A stretch of DNA of 64,000 nucleotides from an uncultured Pirellula sp. Lineage in GTDB: Bacteria; Planctomycetota; Planctomycetia; Pirellulales; Pirellulaceae. Each line of letters opens with the position of its first letter. Position 1 is the stretch's first letter. The notes below the pieces were generated by a model. The model made no database searches and was not told where the DNA came from. It was given only the letters and a program-made list of their open reading frames with translations. Of this stretch, positions 38,881 through 48,524 are shown piece after piece. The DNA lies in the NCBI GenBank assembly GCA_903930765.1, contig CAIYZV010000104.1, positions 539 through 64,538 of the forward strand, given 5' to 3'. A program made the translations under genes and the position numbers.

Positions 38881-38969
38881 TGGCATAGCAGGAGATAGTG
38901 GCATCGCAGGAGATAGTGGCATCGCAGGAGATAGTGGCATCGCAGGAGATAGTGGCCTCGCAGAGATAG
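38881..38969. repeat. 18-bp tandem repeat TGGCATCGCAGGAGATAG, 5 copies (last 17 bp)
   Basis: Read directly; convergent intergenic region 38707-39145. Confidence 0.9.
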
Positions 38970-39145
38970 CCTGACAGGTTCGTAGCGTGTTGCCCAAGTT
39001 CCTCGGCGTAAACTTAGTAACTCAGAGGAAAAATGCCAGTTCTTCAAGAACCTCTCGGACATGAATACCGAGTGGAAACCGTCGCGGATCCCGCTTTCTG
39101 TCCGCTGGCTTCCTAGTTTCACACGCCACAAACTATGCCGTGGTA

Positions 39146-40411
39146 TCAAACCGTGAACTGAATTCCGCGCACAGGAACACCGAGTGCAGAGAGCCTATCG
39201 ATGATCTGCTCAGAGTCCATAGGCTTTCCGTTTGAGGCCGCGTCCCGAACTTCCCTCGAAATTGTCGCCAAAACCTCGCGCTTTATACTTAAACGTCCCA
39301 TCAGCGGTTGAAGCTTCTCAAGTAGATCACTCCATTCAACGACAGGATGGCGTACCGCCGTATTGCTCGGTGGCGGACCTAGAGTCTCCCAATCGACACC
39401 GAGTTCTTCAAGACGCTCACGAACTTTGAGTAAGTCCATCGGGGTCCCTGCGCGAATCGCATCCCAAATTTCTCTGGATAGGATTTCGATCACCTTTTCA
39501 TCGACGCTGGCATTCTTTAAACGTGCGAGGATTGAATCGGCGATCGGCTCTGTGACCATGATTGCCGGCATGATTGGGTTGTCAGGTTGTTCCGGCCGGT
39601 CTGGCACGTCTGGCTTAACGGAATGATTGAGTTGCGGGAAAACGGCAGCGACATCAACCCCTAACTCGCTGAGACGCCGACCGATCGCATCGAGACTCAT
39701 TGGACTGCCATCTTGAGCAACCTGTTCGATCTCGCTCGAAAGCTTTGTGATCACGTTTGTCGCTACACCAAATGCGGATAGTCGCTTCGAGACCGCATCG
39801 ATCCATCGGTCTACCTGAGGCATTTCGCCCCCAGACGTTGCGTCACCACCGCGGTCTTTAGTTGGGTCTCCGACTCCGGGAAACACATCTTGCTTCCATT
39901 GCAATTGTCCATCCAGCACTCGGTCACCTAATTCAGGGCGACCACCTGATCGAAGTGTTGCCAAGACACACTCGGCATCGTCCATCGTAATGTTTGGCGG
40001 CAATACATGGTTTGCAATCGCCCACTCGATCTTTCCAACCCGTCGGTCAACATCGACGTCGCTGACTCGTAAACCGTGGATTCTATCCGACGGGACTGAA
40101 TTGATGTGATTGATAACTACCAATGCATCGAGTGGTGTTAGCACATCATCAGCATCAACATCGACAAACCGTGTCAGCCCATCGGTACTGGTCGCCCCGG
40201 TAGTCCAATTCAAACTTTGATTGAGTTGGTTGACCACGACCAAAGCATCAAGTGGATCGATGGAGCCACTCCCATCTGCATCCTCAGGTGTCACAAAATT
40301 GTGAAATAGATCTCCGGCCAGTAAAGAGCGACTTTCGAGTCGCTCAATCCCGACACGCCTGCTTTGGGGACGACCTGTAGACCGTAATGGCTGCGAATAA
40401 GACTTCTTCAT
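39146..40411 (-). CDS. secreted dockerin-repeat protein with three C-terminal ~55-aa helical repeats
   Basis: Planctomycete-type N-terminus (RRVGIERLESRSLLAGD), two dockerin/EF-hand-like loops (DADGSGSIDPLDALVVVNQLN, DVDADDVLTPLDALVVINHIN); ATG 40411 preferred. Confidence 0.8.
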   Translation of the reverse strand: MKKSYSQPLRSTGRPQSRRVGIERLESRSLLAGDLFHNFVTPEDADGSGSIDPLDALVVVNQLNQSLNWTTGATSTDGLTRFVDVDADDVLTPLDALVVINHINSVPSDRIHGLRVSDVDVDRRVGKIEWAIANHVLPPNITMDDAECVLATLRSGGRPELGDRVLDGQLQWKQDVFPGVGDPTKDRGGDATSGGEMPQVDRWIDAVSKRLSAFGVATNVITKLSSEIEQVAQDGSPMSLDAIGRRLSELGVDVAAVFPQLNHSVKPDVPDRPEQPDNPIMPAIMVTEPIADSILARLKNASVDEKVIEILSREIWDAIRAGTPMDLLKVRERLEELGVDWETLGPPPSNTAVRHPVVEWSDLLEKLQPLMGRLSIKREVLATISREVRDAASNGKPMDSEQIIDRLSALGVPVRGIQFTV

Positions 40412-40625
40412 CGTAATCTCAGAAGGCAAAATGCGGTTGCGACATGAAGACCGAACGGAAGGACACCGAAGCCCCATCGTACTCCAGTGAAGTGTCCGCG
40501 TCGACTTGAGATTAGAAAAACTCAGCCACCCACCGGAATGGATCAGCCTCGGTTTATGGGATGCTCAGCATTGCATGGACAGAAAACCGAGGCTGAGCTC
40601 GACCGCTGATTTGCATGCCTTTTGT

Positions 40626-43600
40626 TTACTTGCTCAGGGTTGCGATTTGTTCGGCGGCTTGTTTTGCCAAGCTGTGCTGGGGATGGTTCTCCACAATGAA
40701 CTGATAGAACTTTTTGGCGTTGTCTGCCGCTTTCCTGCGGCGTTCTCCGGAGAGATCTGAAATCACCACTTCCGAACACCGGCCCGCCTCGAATGCCGAT
40801 CGGGCTTGCCAGTTTTTGATGTCGTCCGGTGCTTGGGTGCCCCCGTAGCCGTACATTACCTTTTGAAACTCTGAGATAGCCTTTGCGAAATTGCGATCGG
40901 CAAAATAGACCTCACCAATCATGAATCGCGATCGAGCACCCAATTCATTGCGTTGGTCTTCGGCGACTTCCAAATAGAGTTTCACCGCTTCGTCGTTCTT
41001 CTTCAAATTCTGCTTCGCGAACGCTTGTTCATACTTCCCGATCGGCTCGAGATTTGAGCCAGGCACGACGGCTTGCATGCGAGCAACCCACGCATCGACG
41101 TCGTTCCATTTTTTGAGCTCGCGAGCAGACTGAGCTCCGTGCAGGTAAATCATTGATTTGACTTGATCATTGATCCCACTCGAATCGCTCATCGACTCGA
41201 GCGCACGGCGGGCGGTTTCGTATTGAGGCCACGCGGCCGAGAACTGCTCTTGTTTGAACGAGCATTCCGCGACCATCAATCGTGCATCGACTTGCAATTC
41301 TCCCTTGGGGAACGCATCCAACTGCTTGGCAAATTGCTGCGATGCCTTGGCGAACTCCTTTTGCTGGAACAAGGACAAACCGAGCTTGTACAGTGACTTT
41401 TCCTGCAACTCGGCGTTGGCCGTCTTGGTCGCAGCCACCGTGTACGCCTTCACAGCCCGATCGAATTTCGCATTCTCGAATTCGGCTTGGCCTACATGGA
41501 ACGAAGACTCAGCGGCGAGCGGACTATCTGGAAATCGTTCGGTGATCGCGAGGAAGTTTTCGTTCGCCTTCGTGGTATCGCCGAGGGCTTTGTAGGCCCA
41601 TGCCAATTCAAAATAGACGCGATCAATGAGGTTGTAGCTCGGGGATGATTGCACAATTTTTTCGAAAGCCTCCGCAGCATTTTTCGGCTGCTGAGACATC
41701 GCATAGGAGAGTCCTAGTTCGTAGAGCACTTTGGAACGGGAGTCTTCGGGAATTTGGGTCCCAAGCAATTCGCTCAGCAACGCTGCGGCTTCTTGAGGCT
41801 TGTCCGTTTTCCGCAAGCAAATCCCTTTAGCGATCTTGGCTTCTCGGATGAGATTTGCGTTCTTGCTGACCGACAACACGGTATCGAGCAACTCAATCGC
41901 AGGGGCGAACTGGTTGTCCTGGATCAAAACAAATGCCTTGTCGTAGCGCACATAATCGAGCAATGTAGGATCGGTGGATTGCGCGAGGACCTTGTCGAAC
42001 CACACGACGGCGTCTTGGTAACGTCCGGCGAATGCCGAGAGTTGTCCCAAACGAAACTCGGCTTGCTGGCGGAATCGCGAGTTGGGGAAGTCTTTCAGCA
42101 ATCGCTCGAGAGTCTTCTTAGCGTTCTCTTTGTCTTGGTTGGCATCGAGCGCTTGGGCGAGCAGCAATAGAACTTCGTCGGCTTGAGCCCATGCTGCATT
42201 CGCCGCCACCGAATCGTTGAGCGCTTTGATCGATTCCGGAAGTTTTTGCAGTTTCAGGAACGAGGCACCTTGGACAAACAGAGCCTCAGCTCGAGTCGAG
42301 GGATCGGGGTTCCGATTGAGTGTCTTTGCCGCTTGCTCGATGGACTTGTCAAACTGACCCGCAAGGTACAGTGCTGTCGCCAATCGCAATTCCCAAGCGG
42401 GAACCGATGGATGGTTGCTTGCCGAGTTGATCAGTTGCTCAAAAGCCGTCGCGGCTGCTTCGGGCTGAGAGAGTTGCAACAGTGATTCAGCCCGTACATA
42501 CGCAACGTCCGAGGCCAAATCGTCGTTGGCGAACCGTTTCGCAAAGGCCTCGCTCCACCGTTGTGCTTCGGCGTGATCGCCGGCTTGGAGGGCAGCAAAG
42601 GCAGCGTTGTAAGTGGCTCGAGGCGAGACGGGGAGATCCATGTATTCGACAGCGATCTGCTCGTACAGCTTGCGTGCTTCCGCCTTGCCGTCGGCGGTAG
42701 CATACAGACCATCCGCCAAATCCATCTTGAGCATGGCGATCATGTTCTTCGCGGAAGGGGACAGCGTCTTTACATCCCATTTCGAAGTCCAATCCAATGC
42801 TTCCCTGGCGACAGGTACGGCGTCCTTGGGGCGATTCTGAAGGATCGCAATTTGGCAAATCCAGTGCGATGCTTCGGCAGCTCGTTCATCTTTCGCGGAG
42901 AGCAGCCGTTCGAACGATCGCAAGGCATCGTCGTACTTCTTGTCCCGCATCAGCGTCTGGCCTGTGGCGAGCGCCGCGTTCATCGCGTACTGCGATTTGG
43001 GAAACAGCTCTGACAACTTTTGGTAAGCCTGCGCCGACTGAGCGAATTGACCAGTCTTCGCCAGTGCAAACGCGTACCGATAATAGACGTAGTCCGCGAG
43101 CGTAGTTCCCTTGAACTCCGGCATCTGAATCACTTTCGCAAACAGCGTGACCGCTTGCTCCGCCCGATTCCCTTGCAACGCGAGTTCCGCTAAACGAATG
43201 TTGGCATCGATGCCTTGAGCGTTCTTCGGGTATGCAGCGAGAAAAGCCTCGTACGTTTCCGTTGCGAGTTTCGGTTGCTTCGCCTCTTCATAGGAGAACC
43301 CAAGCGCAAACATCGCATCGGGGCGAACAGGAGACTGAGCCAATGCCCGGCTCTGGACCAGTTGGTTGTAGTAGCTGATGGCTTTTTCGAGATTGCCTAG
43401 TCGAGACTCGGACTCCCCCGCATAGAACATCGCTTTGTCGGCAACACTGCTATCCGGGTATTTTTCGAGGAGCACGGCAAACGTTTTTGATGCGTCCGCG
43501 AGCAATGCTTGGTCCGCTTTGCCATCCGCGATCCCCGACTGATAGAGGCACCAACCCAAATTGTTCAGCGACTCTTCCCGTTCCTTGAGGCTGCTGTCCT

Positions 43601-44105
43601 CGAGCGCTTTTCGGAATGCCGTAATCGCTTTGGGATAGTCGGGGGATTCTTGCTCTTGGTAGCAAACACCCAGGAAGTATCGAGCGCTCGAAACCAGTGG
43701 TTGGTCGGGATGCTCGGCGATCAGTTTGTTCCAGAGTTCGATCGCAACCGAATAAGCACCATTGTTCTGGGCGTTGGCAGCATCCGCGTACAACGAGCGA
43801 GCTCGCTCAATCTTCTTTTCTTGCTCTGACATCTTGCGAGCAGTCGACCCAGGTTGCTTGGTCGGAGCCGGGGGCTGTTTCGTCTGGGCCGGCGGTTGCT
43901 TTTGGTTTACCTGTGCGTCGGCCGTCGAGATCCAGGTAGAACTCAAAATCGCAGCGAACAATCCGCGCCGAATCAATCGCCATGAATCGCAGCCCAATAT
44001 CGATTGCCGCTCAGCGCTTCTGTTCTTCGCCGCGATGCGCCGATTGAGACGGATCCTCTGGACGAGTGTGTACTGTTGAAGATTGCGATTGTTGGCTTTT
44101 GACAT
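40626..44105 (-). CDS. very large TPR-repeat protein, exported
   Basis: ~1160 aa of consecutive TPR-like helical repeats (A..Y..A...G.....A pattern), N-terminal hydrophobic signal; ATG 44105 (track start GTG 44126). Confidence 0.85.
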   Translation of the reverse strand: MSKANNRNLQQYTLVQRIRLNRRIAAKNRSAERQSILGCDSWRLIRRGLFAAILSSTWISTADAQVNQKQPPAQTKQPPAPTKQPGSTARKMSEQEKKIERARSLYADAANAQNNGAYSVAIELWNKLIAEHPDQPLVSSARYFLGVCYQEQESPDYPKAITAFRKALEDSSLKEREESLNNLGWCLYQSGIADGKADQALLADASKTFAVLLEKYPDSSVADKAMFYAGESESRLGNLEKAISYYNQLVQSRALAQSPVRPDAMFALGFSYEEAKQPKLATETYEAFLAAYPKNAQGIDANIRLAELALQGNRAEQAVTLFAKVIQMPEFKGTTLADYVYYRYAFALAKTGQFAQSAQAYQKLSELFPKSQYAMNAALATGQTLMRDKKYDDALRSFERLLSAKDERAAEASHWICQIAILQNRPKDAVPVAREALDWTSKWDVKTLSPSAKNMIAMLKMDLADGLYATADGKAEARKLYEQIAVEYMDLPVSPRATYNAAFAALQAGDHAEAQRWSEAFAKRFANDDLASDVAYVRAESLLQLSQPEAAATAFEQLINSASNHPSVPAWELRLATALYLAGQFDKSIEQAAKTLNRNPDPSTRAEALFVQGASFLKLQKLPESIKALNDSVAANAAWAQADEVLLLLAQALDANQDKENAKKTLERLLKDFPNSRFRQQAEFRLGQLSAFAGRYQDAVVWFDKVLAQSTDPTLLDYVRYDKAFVLIQDNQFAPAIELLDTVLSVSKNANLIREAKIAKGICLRKTDKPQEAAALLSELLGTQIPEDSRSKVLYELGLSYAMSQQPKNAAEAFEKIVQSSPSYNLIDRVYFELAWAYKALGDTTKANENFLAITERFPDSPLAAESSFHVGQAEFENAKFDRAVKAYTVAATKTANAELQEKSLYKLGLSLFQQKEFAKASQQFAKQLDAFPKGELQVDARLMVAECSFKQEQFSAAWPQYETARRALESMSDSSGINDQVKSMIYLHGAQSARELKKWNDVDAWVARMQAVVPGSNLEPIGKYEQAFAKQNLKKNDEAVKLYLEVAEDQRNELGARSRFMIGEVYFADRNFAKAISEFQKVMYGYGGTQAPDDIKNWQARSAFEAGRCSEVVISDLSGERRRKAADNAKKFYQFIVENHPQHSLAKQAAEQIATLSK

Positions 44106-44435
44106 AACGTTCCCGCGAGACAGCACCGTGCAATACCGACCACCGTTCCACCGCGTCTCAACGCCCAGATCGAAGCAAAACGCTCAGAGCGAAGCAAAAC
44201 GCAGGGTGTTAATTTACCCCAGGAATCATGAATCGGAAAGTTTGCCAGGTTTGCGTGAAACGATTCCAGGCAGCTAGCACCCTTTGACGGCATAACTGGA
44301 AAAGGTGGCAAAGTTTATCATTTGGGCGGGTGGTTGCCTGCGAACCCAAGGTGCCACCAAATGGGATTCGAGTAGAATAGGCGGGTTGCTAGCAAGTCCT
44401 TTTTTGGCGTCTCCTATTTTGTTTTTGCGTGCTGC

Positions 44436-45416
44436 ATGCGTTTTCTCGTTACGGGCGGTGGTGGTTTTATAGGTTCGCATTTGACCGAACGGTTCCTGCG
44501 CGAGGGGCACGAGGTCGTGGTCATCGACGATTTCAGCACCGGGGCGCGTCGGAATCTCGAGAGAGTTGCCTCCAACCCGAACTTGATCCTGATCGAAGGA
44601 GACATGGGGGATCTTGACCGCGTGCGCGAGGCATGCCGCGGAGTGGATGCGGTGTATCATTTGGCCGCTGCGGTCGGTGTGGCTCTCATTGCCAAGCAAC
44701 CTACCGAGACGATCCATAGGAACATTTACCCCACCCAATTGCTCCTCGAGGAACTTCGCCGGCAGCATCAATCGGGGAGAGAGGTTCCACTATTCCTCGC
44801 CAGCACCAGCGAAGTGTACGGCAAGAACCCCAAACCGATTTGGAATGAAAACGACGATCTCGTCTTCGGTGCGACAACGAAGCCTCGATGGAGTTATGGG
44901 GCGAGCAAAGCTATCGACGAGTTTCTGTGCCTCGCATGCGTACGTGAGCTTGGGATGAAGATCGTGATCGGACGGTTTTTCAATGTCGTTGGCCCTCGCC
45001 AGTCCGGGGCCTATGGGATGGTATTGCCACGTTTTGTCGCGGCAGCCATGCACGGCCGTCCGTTGATGGTGCATGACGATGGTCGGCAAGAACGCTGTTT
45101 CGCGCATGTTGCCGACGTGGTCTCCGCGGTGGTTCGGTTGATGTCTACGGCGGAAGCCTTTGGCAAGATCTACAACATTGGATCCGACAATCCGATTTCA
45201 ATATTGGAGATGGCCAAACGGGTCGTCCAAATCGTCAATCCTGATGCATCCATCGAGTTTCAATCGTATGCACAAGCCTACGACGAAGACTTCGAAGACA
45301 TCCGGCGGAGAGTTCCAGACTTGACTCGTATCCGCAATGCGATTGGATACGAACCGACCTACGCGCTCGACGACATCATCCGCGATGTTTGGAAAGAAAT
45401 GAAGCGAACCAGCTAG
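44436..45416 (+). CDS. NAD-dependent epimerase/dehydratase (UDP-sugar epimerase/decarboxylase-like SDR)
   Basis: GGGGFIGSHL Rossmann motif, catalytic YGASK. Confidence 0.88.
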   Translation: MRFLVTGGGGFIGSHLTERFLREGHEVVVIDDFSTGARRNLERVASNPNLILIEGDMGDLDRVREACRGVDAVYHLAAAVGVALIAKQPTETIHRNIYPTQLLLEELRRQHQSGREVPLFLASTSEVYGKNPKPIWNENDDLVFGATTKPRWSYGASKAIDEFLCLACVRELGMKIVIGRFFNVVGPRQSGAYGMVLPRFVAAAMHGRPLMVHDDGRQERCFAHVADVVSAVVRLMSTAEAFGKIYNIGSDNPISILEMAKRVVQIVNPDASIEFQSYAQAYDEDFEDIRRRVPDLTRIRNAIGYEPTYALDDIIRDVWKEMKRTS

Positions 45417-45435
45417 CGCGGCCCAGGAAGTATGG

Positions 45436-48276
45436 CTACTTCTCAAACCGGATGGAATCGATGTTCATCAATCCACCGGGCTTGTCCGGGTTGATGCATT
45501 GGAAGTAAACATCGCCACGTTTCGGGGCGTCGGATACCGGGGATGATACCTCGTACCAATCTTCCCAATTCCCATTGACGTTCACATGGACCTTGGCAAT
45601 TACAGGGCCATCGATGGCACCGGCATGGACGACGATATCTCCGCCACCCCCTGCCGAAGCGACTCGGAAGGTCAATTTACTGACTTCGGAGAGAGGGATA
45701 TCGCGAAGCACAAAGTAGTGGCCATGATCGATCGCTCCGAGGAATTTTCCGTTGCCCGCGCTGTGCGAACCGAGCTCTTTCATTCCATGAATTTGATCCG
45801 CGGTTTCCGCTTCACGCAATCGAGGCCGTAGCTCAATGGTTGTCGATCCAACCAAGGACGGAATCTGCTCCCGGCCGAGGTCTTGGTAGCGGGCGGTCAA
45901 TCGCAAGCTCGCTCCGGCATTCTCCGCTCGTTCGGTCAAATCGATTTGGTTCTTCATCCCACGCATGCTTTGCGAGGTCGGGTCGGGTTGGGCTGAGTAA
46001 ACCCATCCGACCATCAGGGCGACTTGTTCGGGGGTATGCTGGGAATGGGGAAGCATGGCAACTTTTCCCCAAACTCCCGTGGAGCCTTTGAGAACCCGAT
46101 CGATGGATGTCTGCATAGCGCCTGCTTGATCTCGGTACTTGTTAGCGACGTCGAGGAAGGACGGACCGACGATCGCGCGATCGAGCGCATGGCAATTGAA
46201 GCAATCGCTTCCTCGCATGAGTTTCAATCCCGGAGGGCTATTGTCTTCCTTGCTGGCCGAGGCCCCCGAGGCAACCATGTTGGCTTGGATGCTAACACGA
46301 TCAGGAGCGGCAGCATCGATAAATTCCAAGTCCGATTTATCGACTATCTCTGGATCGCTGGAGCCATCCTCCATATCGGTCACGGTGACTTGGTAGGAGA
46401 CCTTTTCACCGGGGGTGTAGAAATCGCCATCCTTCGGTTCTACGAATTGGACTTGAGGAACCGAGTTCCCGACGATTACAGGAACAACCGCCGTATCCTT
46501 TGCGCCGCTCGGATCGGTTACCTCCACCAGAACGTTGTAAACGCCAGGCTGTTCAAACGTCCAATCCACTTCCTTTCGATCACCGAGGATTTGAGTTTGT
46601 TTCGAGTCCGCAGAGTTGACACTTCTCCAGACGAATGCCAGCGAGTCACCATCTTTATCGCTGGCTTCCGCTGCGGAAAAGGTCAAGGTAAGTGGTTCGC
46701 GGCCGGAGACACCGCTGGCAGCAATCTTAGCTCGAGGCGCTCGGTTGCCACTTCGGTAATCGACTCGCACCAGTTTCGCATCAGGATTCACTCCCCAAGT
46801 TTCACCATACTCGATGATATAGAGGGATCCGTGGGCATCGAACTGCAGATCGATCGGTCGAATGAACGCTTCGTTAGGCATGAACCGTTCCATCGATGCG
46901 ATGCTGGAATCTTCATTGAGATGGACCGCAATGATCCAATTTCGCGACCATTCGTAAATGAAAACCGTCCGATCCAATGCGGATGGGAATTTCGTTTCCG
47001 ATTTCAGATTTGGATCGAAGTAATAAGCGGGGCCCGCGCACGCGGTCCTGCCGCCGGAACCTACCACGGGGAACTCTTTGGTCTCACCAGCTGGGTAATA
47101 GACCCAAGCTGGCTGTGCCGGAGGAAGCGCTTCCGAGCCTGTGTTGAATCGAGAGAAATTGCGGGGCTTACCTGGATCGAATGCATCGCCGATCGAACCG
47201 TTGGCAAAGTCGACTTGCAAGTACGGACGATTGTTTCCGATGAACAGAGGCCAGCCAAAGTTACCAGCCTTTTTCGCTTGGTTCACTTCGTCATAACCGC
47301 GAGGGCCACGTTGTCCATCCCCTCCAGCATCGGGACCAACATCCCCCCAATAGAGAAAACCGGTGCGTTGGTCGACATTGAGTCGCCAGGGGTTACGGCA
47401 TCCCATCACATAAATTTCCGGGTGTCCGATCGAGCCGTCACGAGGGAAAAGATTTCCCTCAGGGATCGCATATCCTCCCTCGGGTAGCGGTTTGATACGC
47501 AAAACTTTTCCGTTGTAGCTCTTGGTATTGGCAGACGTTCGCAATGCATTAAAGGCCCCCTTAGCGTCGCGCTCGTCGATCGGTGCAAAGCCTTGGGAAT
47601 CCCCGAACGGATTGGTGTTGTCCCCGGTGCCGATGTAGAGGCAACCATCCGGCCCGAACTCCATGGAACCAGCATGGTGGCAGCATTCCTGACGCTGCTC
47701 TTCGTACTTCATCAATAGGACCTCGGATTCCATATCGATCGTCCCATCCTCGCGAACATGGAAACGACTGATGTGCTGGCCCGAGTACTCGGGCGGAGAG
47801 TACTGAAGGTACATCCAGCGGTTCTTTGCGAATTGAGGGTCGAGCGCAATACCGATCAATCCGTTTTCCTGGGCCGTGGTGACCGAGATTTGACCGACCG
47901 GCTTGACGATATTGGTTGCGGGATCGATGGCTTTGATTTGTCCTGCGAGTTCGATCAGATAAATCGTTCCGTCAGGAGCGATGGCCATCTCCATCGGTTG
48001 GGTGAGCCCGGAAACCACCGTTGTCTTTTCGAGCCGCGCTGGATCAAAGCCTTCCTCAGCGGTCGCGTAGCCATGCCCCACCATGACCGCAGCGCCGGCA
48101 ACGCCTAAGAACAATGTCGCTGCACTGCAGAACCTCCCCGCAGCCCGAAAGAACATCGCTGGGAATGGATTGGGGCTGGAACCGCGTGAGTGAGCACCAT
48201 GGGATGCACGGCTGGTGGCTGAAAGTCCAACACGGTTCGAAGACAAAGTACGGGATCGTAAGACGGATGACTTCAT
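45436..48276 (-). CDS. multidomain PQQ-dependent sugar dehydrogenase-like beta-propeller + PKD + cytochrome c + C-terminal carbohydrate-binding-like domain
   Basis: SGDH-type propeller pattern (GLTQPMEMAIAPDGTIYLIE), PKD-like DKDGDSL segment, CFNCH haem motif; 946 aa. Confidence 0.8.
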   Translation of the reverse strand: MKSSVLRSRTLSSNRVGLSATSRASHGAHSRGSSPNPFPAMFFRAAGRFCSAATLFLGVAGAAVMVGHGYATAEEGFDPARLEKTTVVSGLTQPMEMAIAPDGTIYLIELAGQIKAIDPATNIVKPVGQISVTTAQENGLIGIALDPQFAKNRWMYLQYSPPEYSGQHISRFHVREDGTIDMESEVLLMKYEEQRQECCHHAGSMEFGPDGCLYIGTGDNTNPFGDSQGFAPIDERDAKGAFNALRTSANTKSYNGKVLRIKPLPEGGYAIPEGNLFPRDGSIGHPEIYVMGCRNPWRLNVDQRTGFLYWGDVGPDAGGDGQRGPRGYDEVNQAKKAGNFGWPLFIGNNRPYLQVDFANGSIGDAFDPGKPRNFSRFNTGSEALPPAQPAWVYYPAGETKEFPVVGSGGRTACAGPAYYFDPNLKSETKFPSALDRTVFIYEWSRNWIIAVHLNEDSSIASMERFMPNEAFIRPIDLQFDAHGSLYIIEYGETWGVNPDAKLVRVDYRSGNRAPRAKIAASGVSGREPLTLTFSAAEASDKDGDSLAFVWRSVNSADSKQTQILGDRKEVDWTFEQPGVYNVLVEVTDPSGAKDTAVVPVIVGNSVPQVQFVEPKDGDFYTPGEKVSYQVTVTDMEDGSSDPEIVDKSDLEFIDAAAPDRVSIQANMVASGASASKEDNSPPGLKLMRGSDCFNCHALDRAIVGPSFLDVANKYRDQAGAMQTSIDRVLKGSTGVWGKVAMLPHSQHTPEQVALMVGWVYSAQPDPTSQSMRGMKNQIDLTERAENAGASLRLTARYQDLGREQIPSLVGSTTIELRPRLREAETADQIHGMKELGSHSAGNGKFLGAIDHGHYFVLRDIPLSEVSKLTFRVASAGGGGDIVVHAGAIDGPVIAKVHVNVNGNWEDWYEVSSPVSDAPKRGDVYFQCINPDKPGGLMNIDSIRFEK

Positions 48277-48300
48277 GGATATTTCGGGTCACTGTTGTGA

Positions 48301-48345
48301 CGGCTGGGTGGGAGACGGCTGGGTGGGAGACGGCTGAGTGGGATA
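48301..48345. repeat. 15-bp tandem repeat CGGCTGGGTGGGAGA, 3 copies
   Basis: Read directly; 25-69 bp upstream of the ATG at 48276. Confidence 0.9.
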
Positions 48346-48524
48346 GGAAGCAAGGAAGGTCCATCGGGGCCATGAATCGTGATGCCCCGGTTAGCGAGGA
48401 TCACGGGTCATCCCGGTGAGACTTTATGATGATAATCAACAACGAGAAAAAATGCGCCCACTCAAGTTTCGGTAGGTTTGTGGCGTTGCCTATGGGTGAA
48501 GCCCGTATCTTCCCAAGAGCGTTT

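Noticed and set aside
38881-38969. CRISPR array
   Set aside because: The repeats are contiguous with no spacers, the unit is only 18 bp, and there are no cas genes in the window.
38874-39149. 91-aa ORF ending in HYLLRCHYLLRCHYLLRCHYLLLCH
   Set aside because: The repetitive peptide is simply the translation of the 18-bp tandem DNA repeat. The rest of the ORF has no protein-like features.
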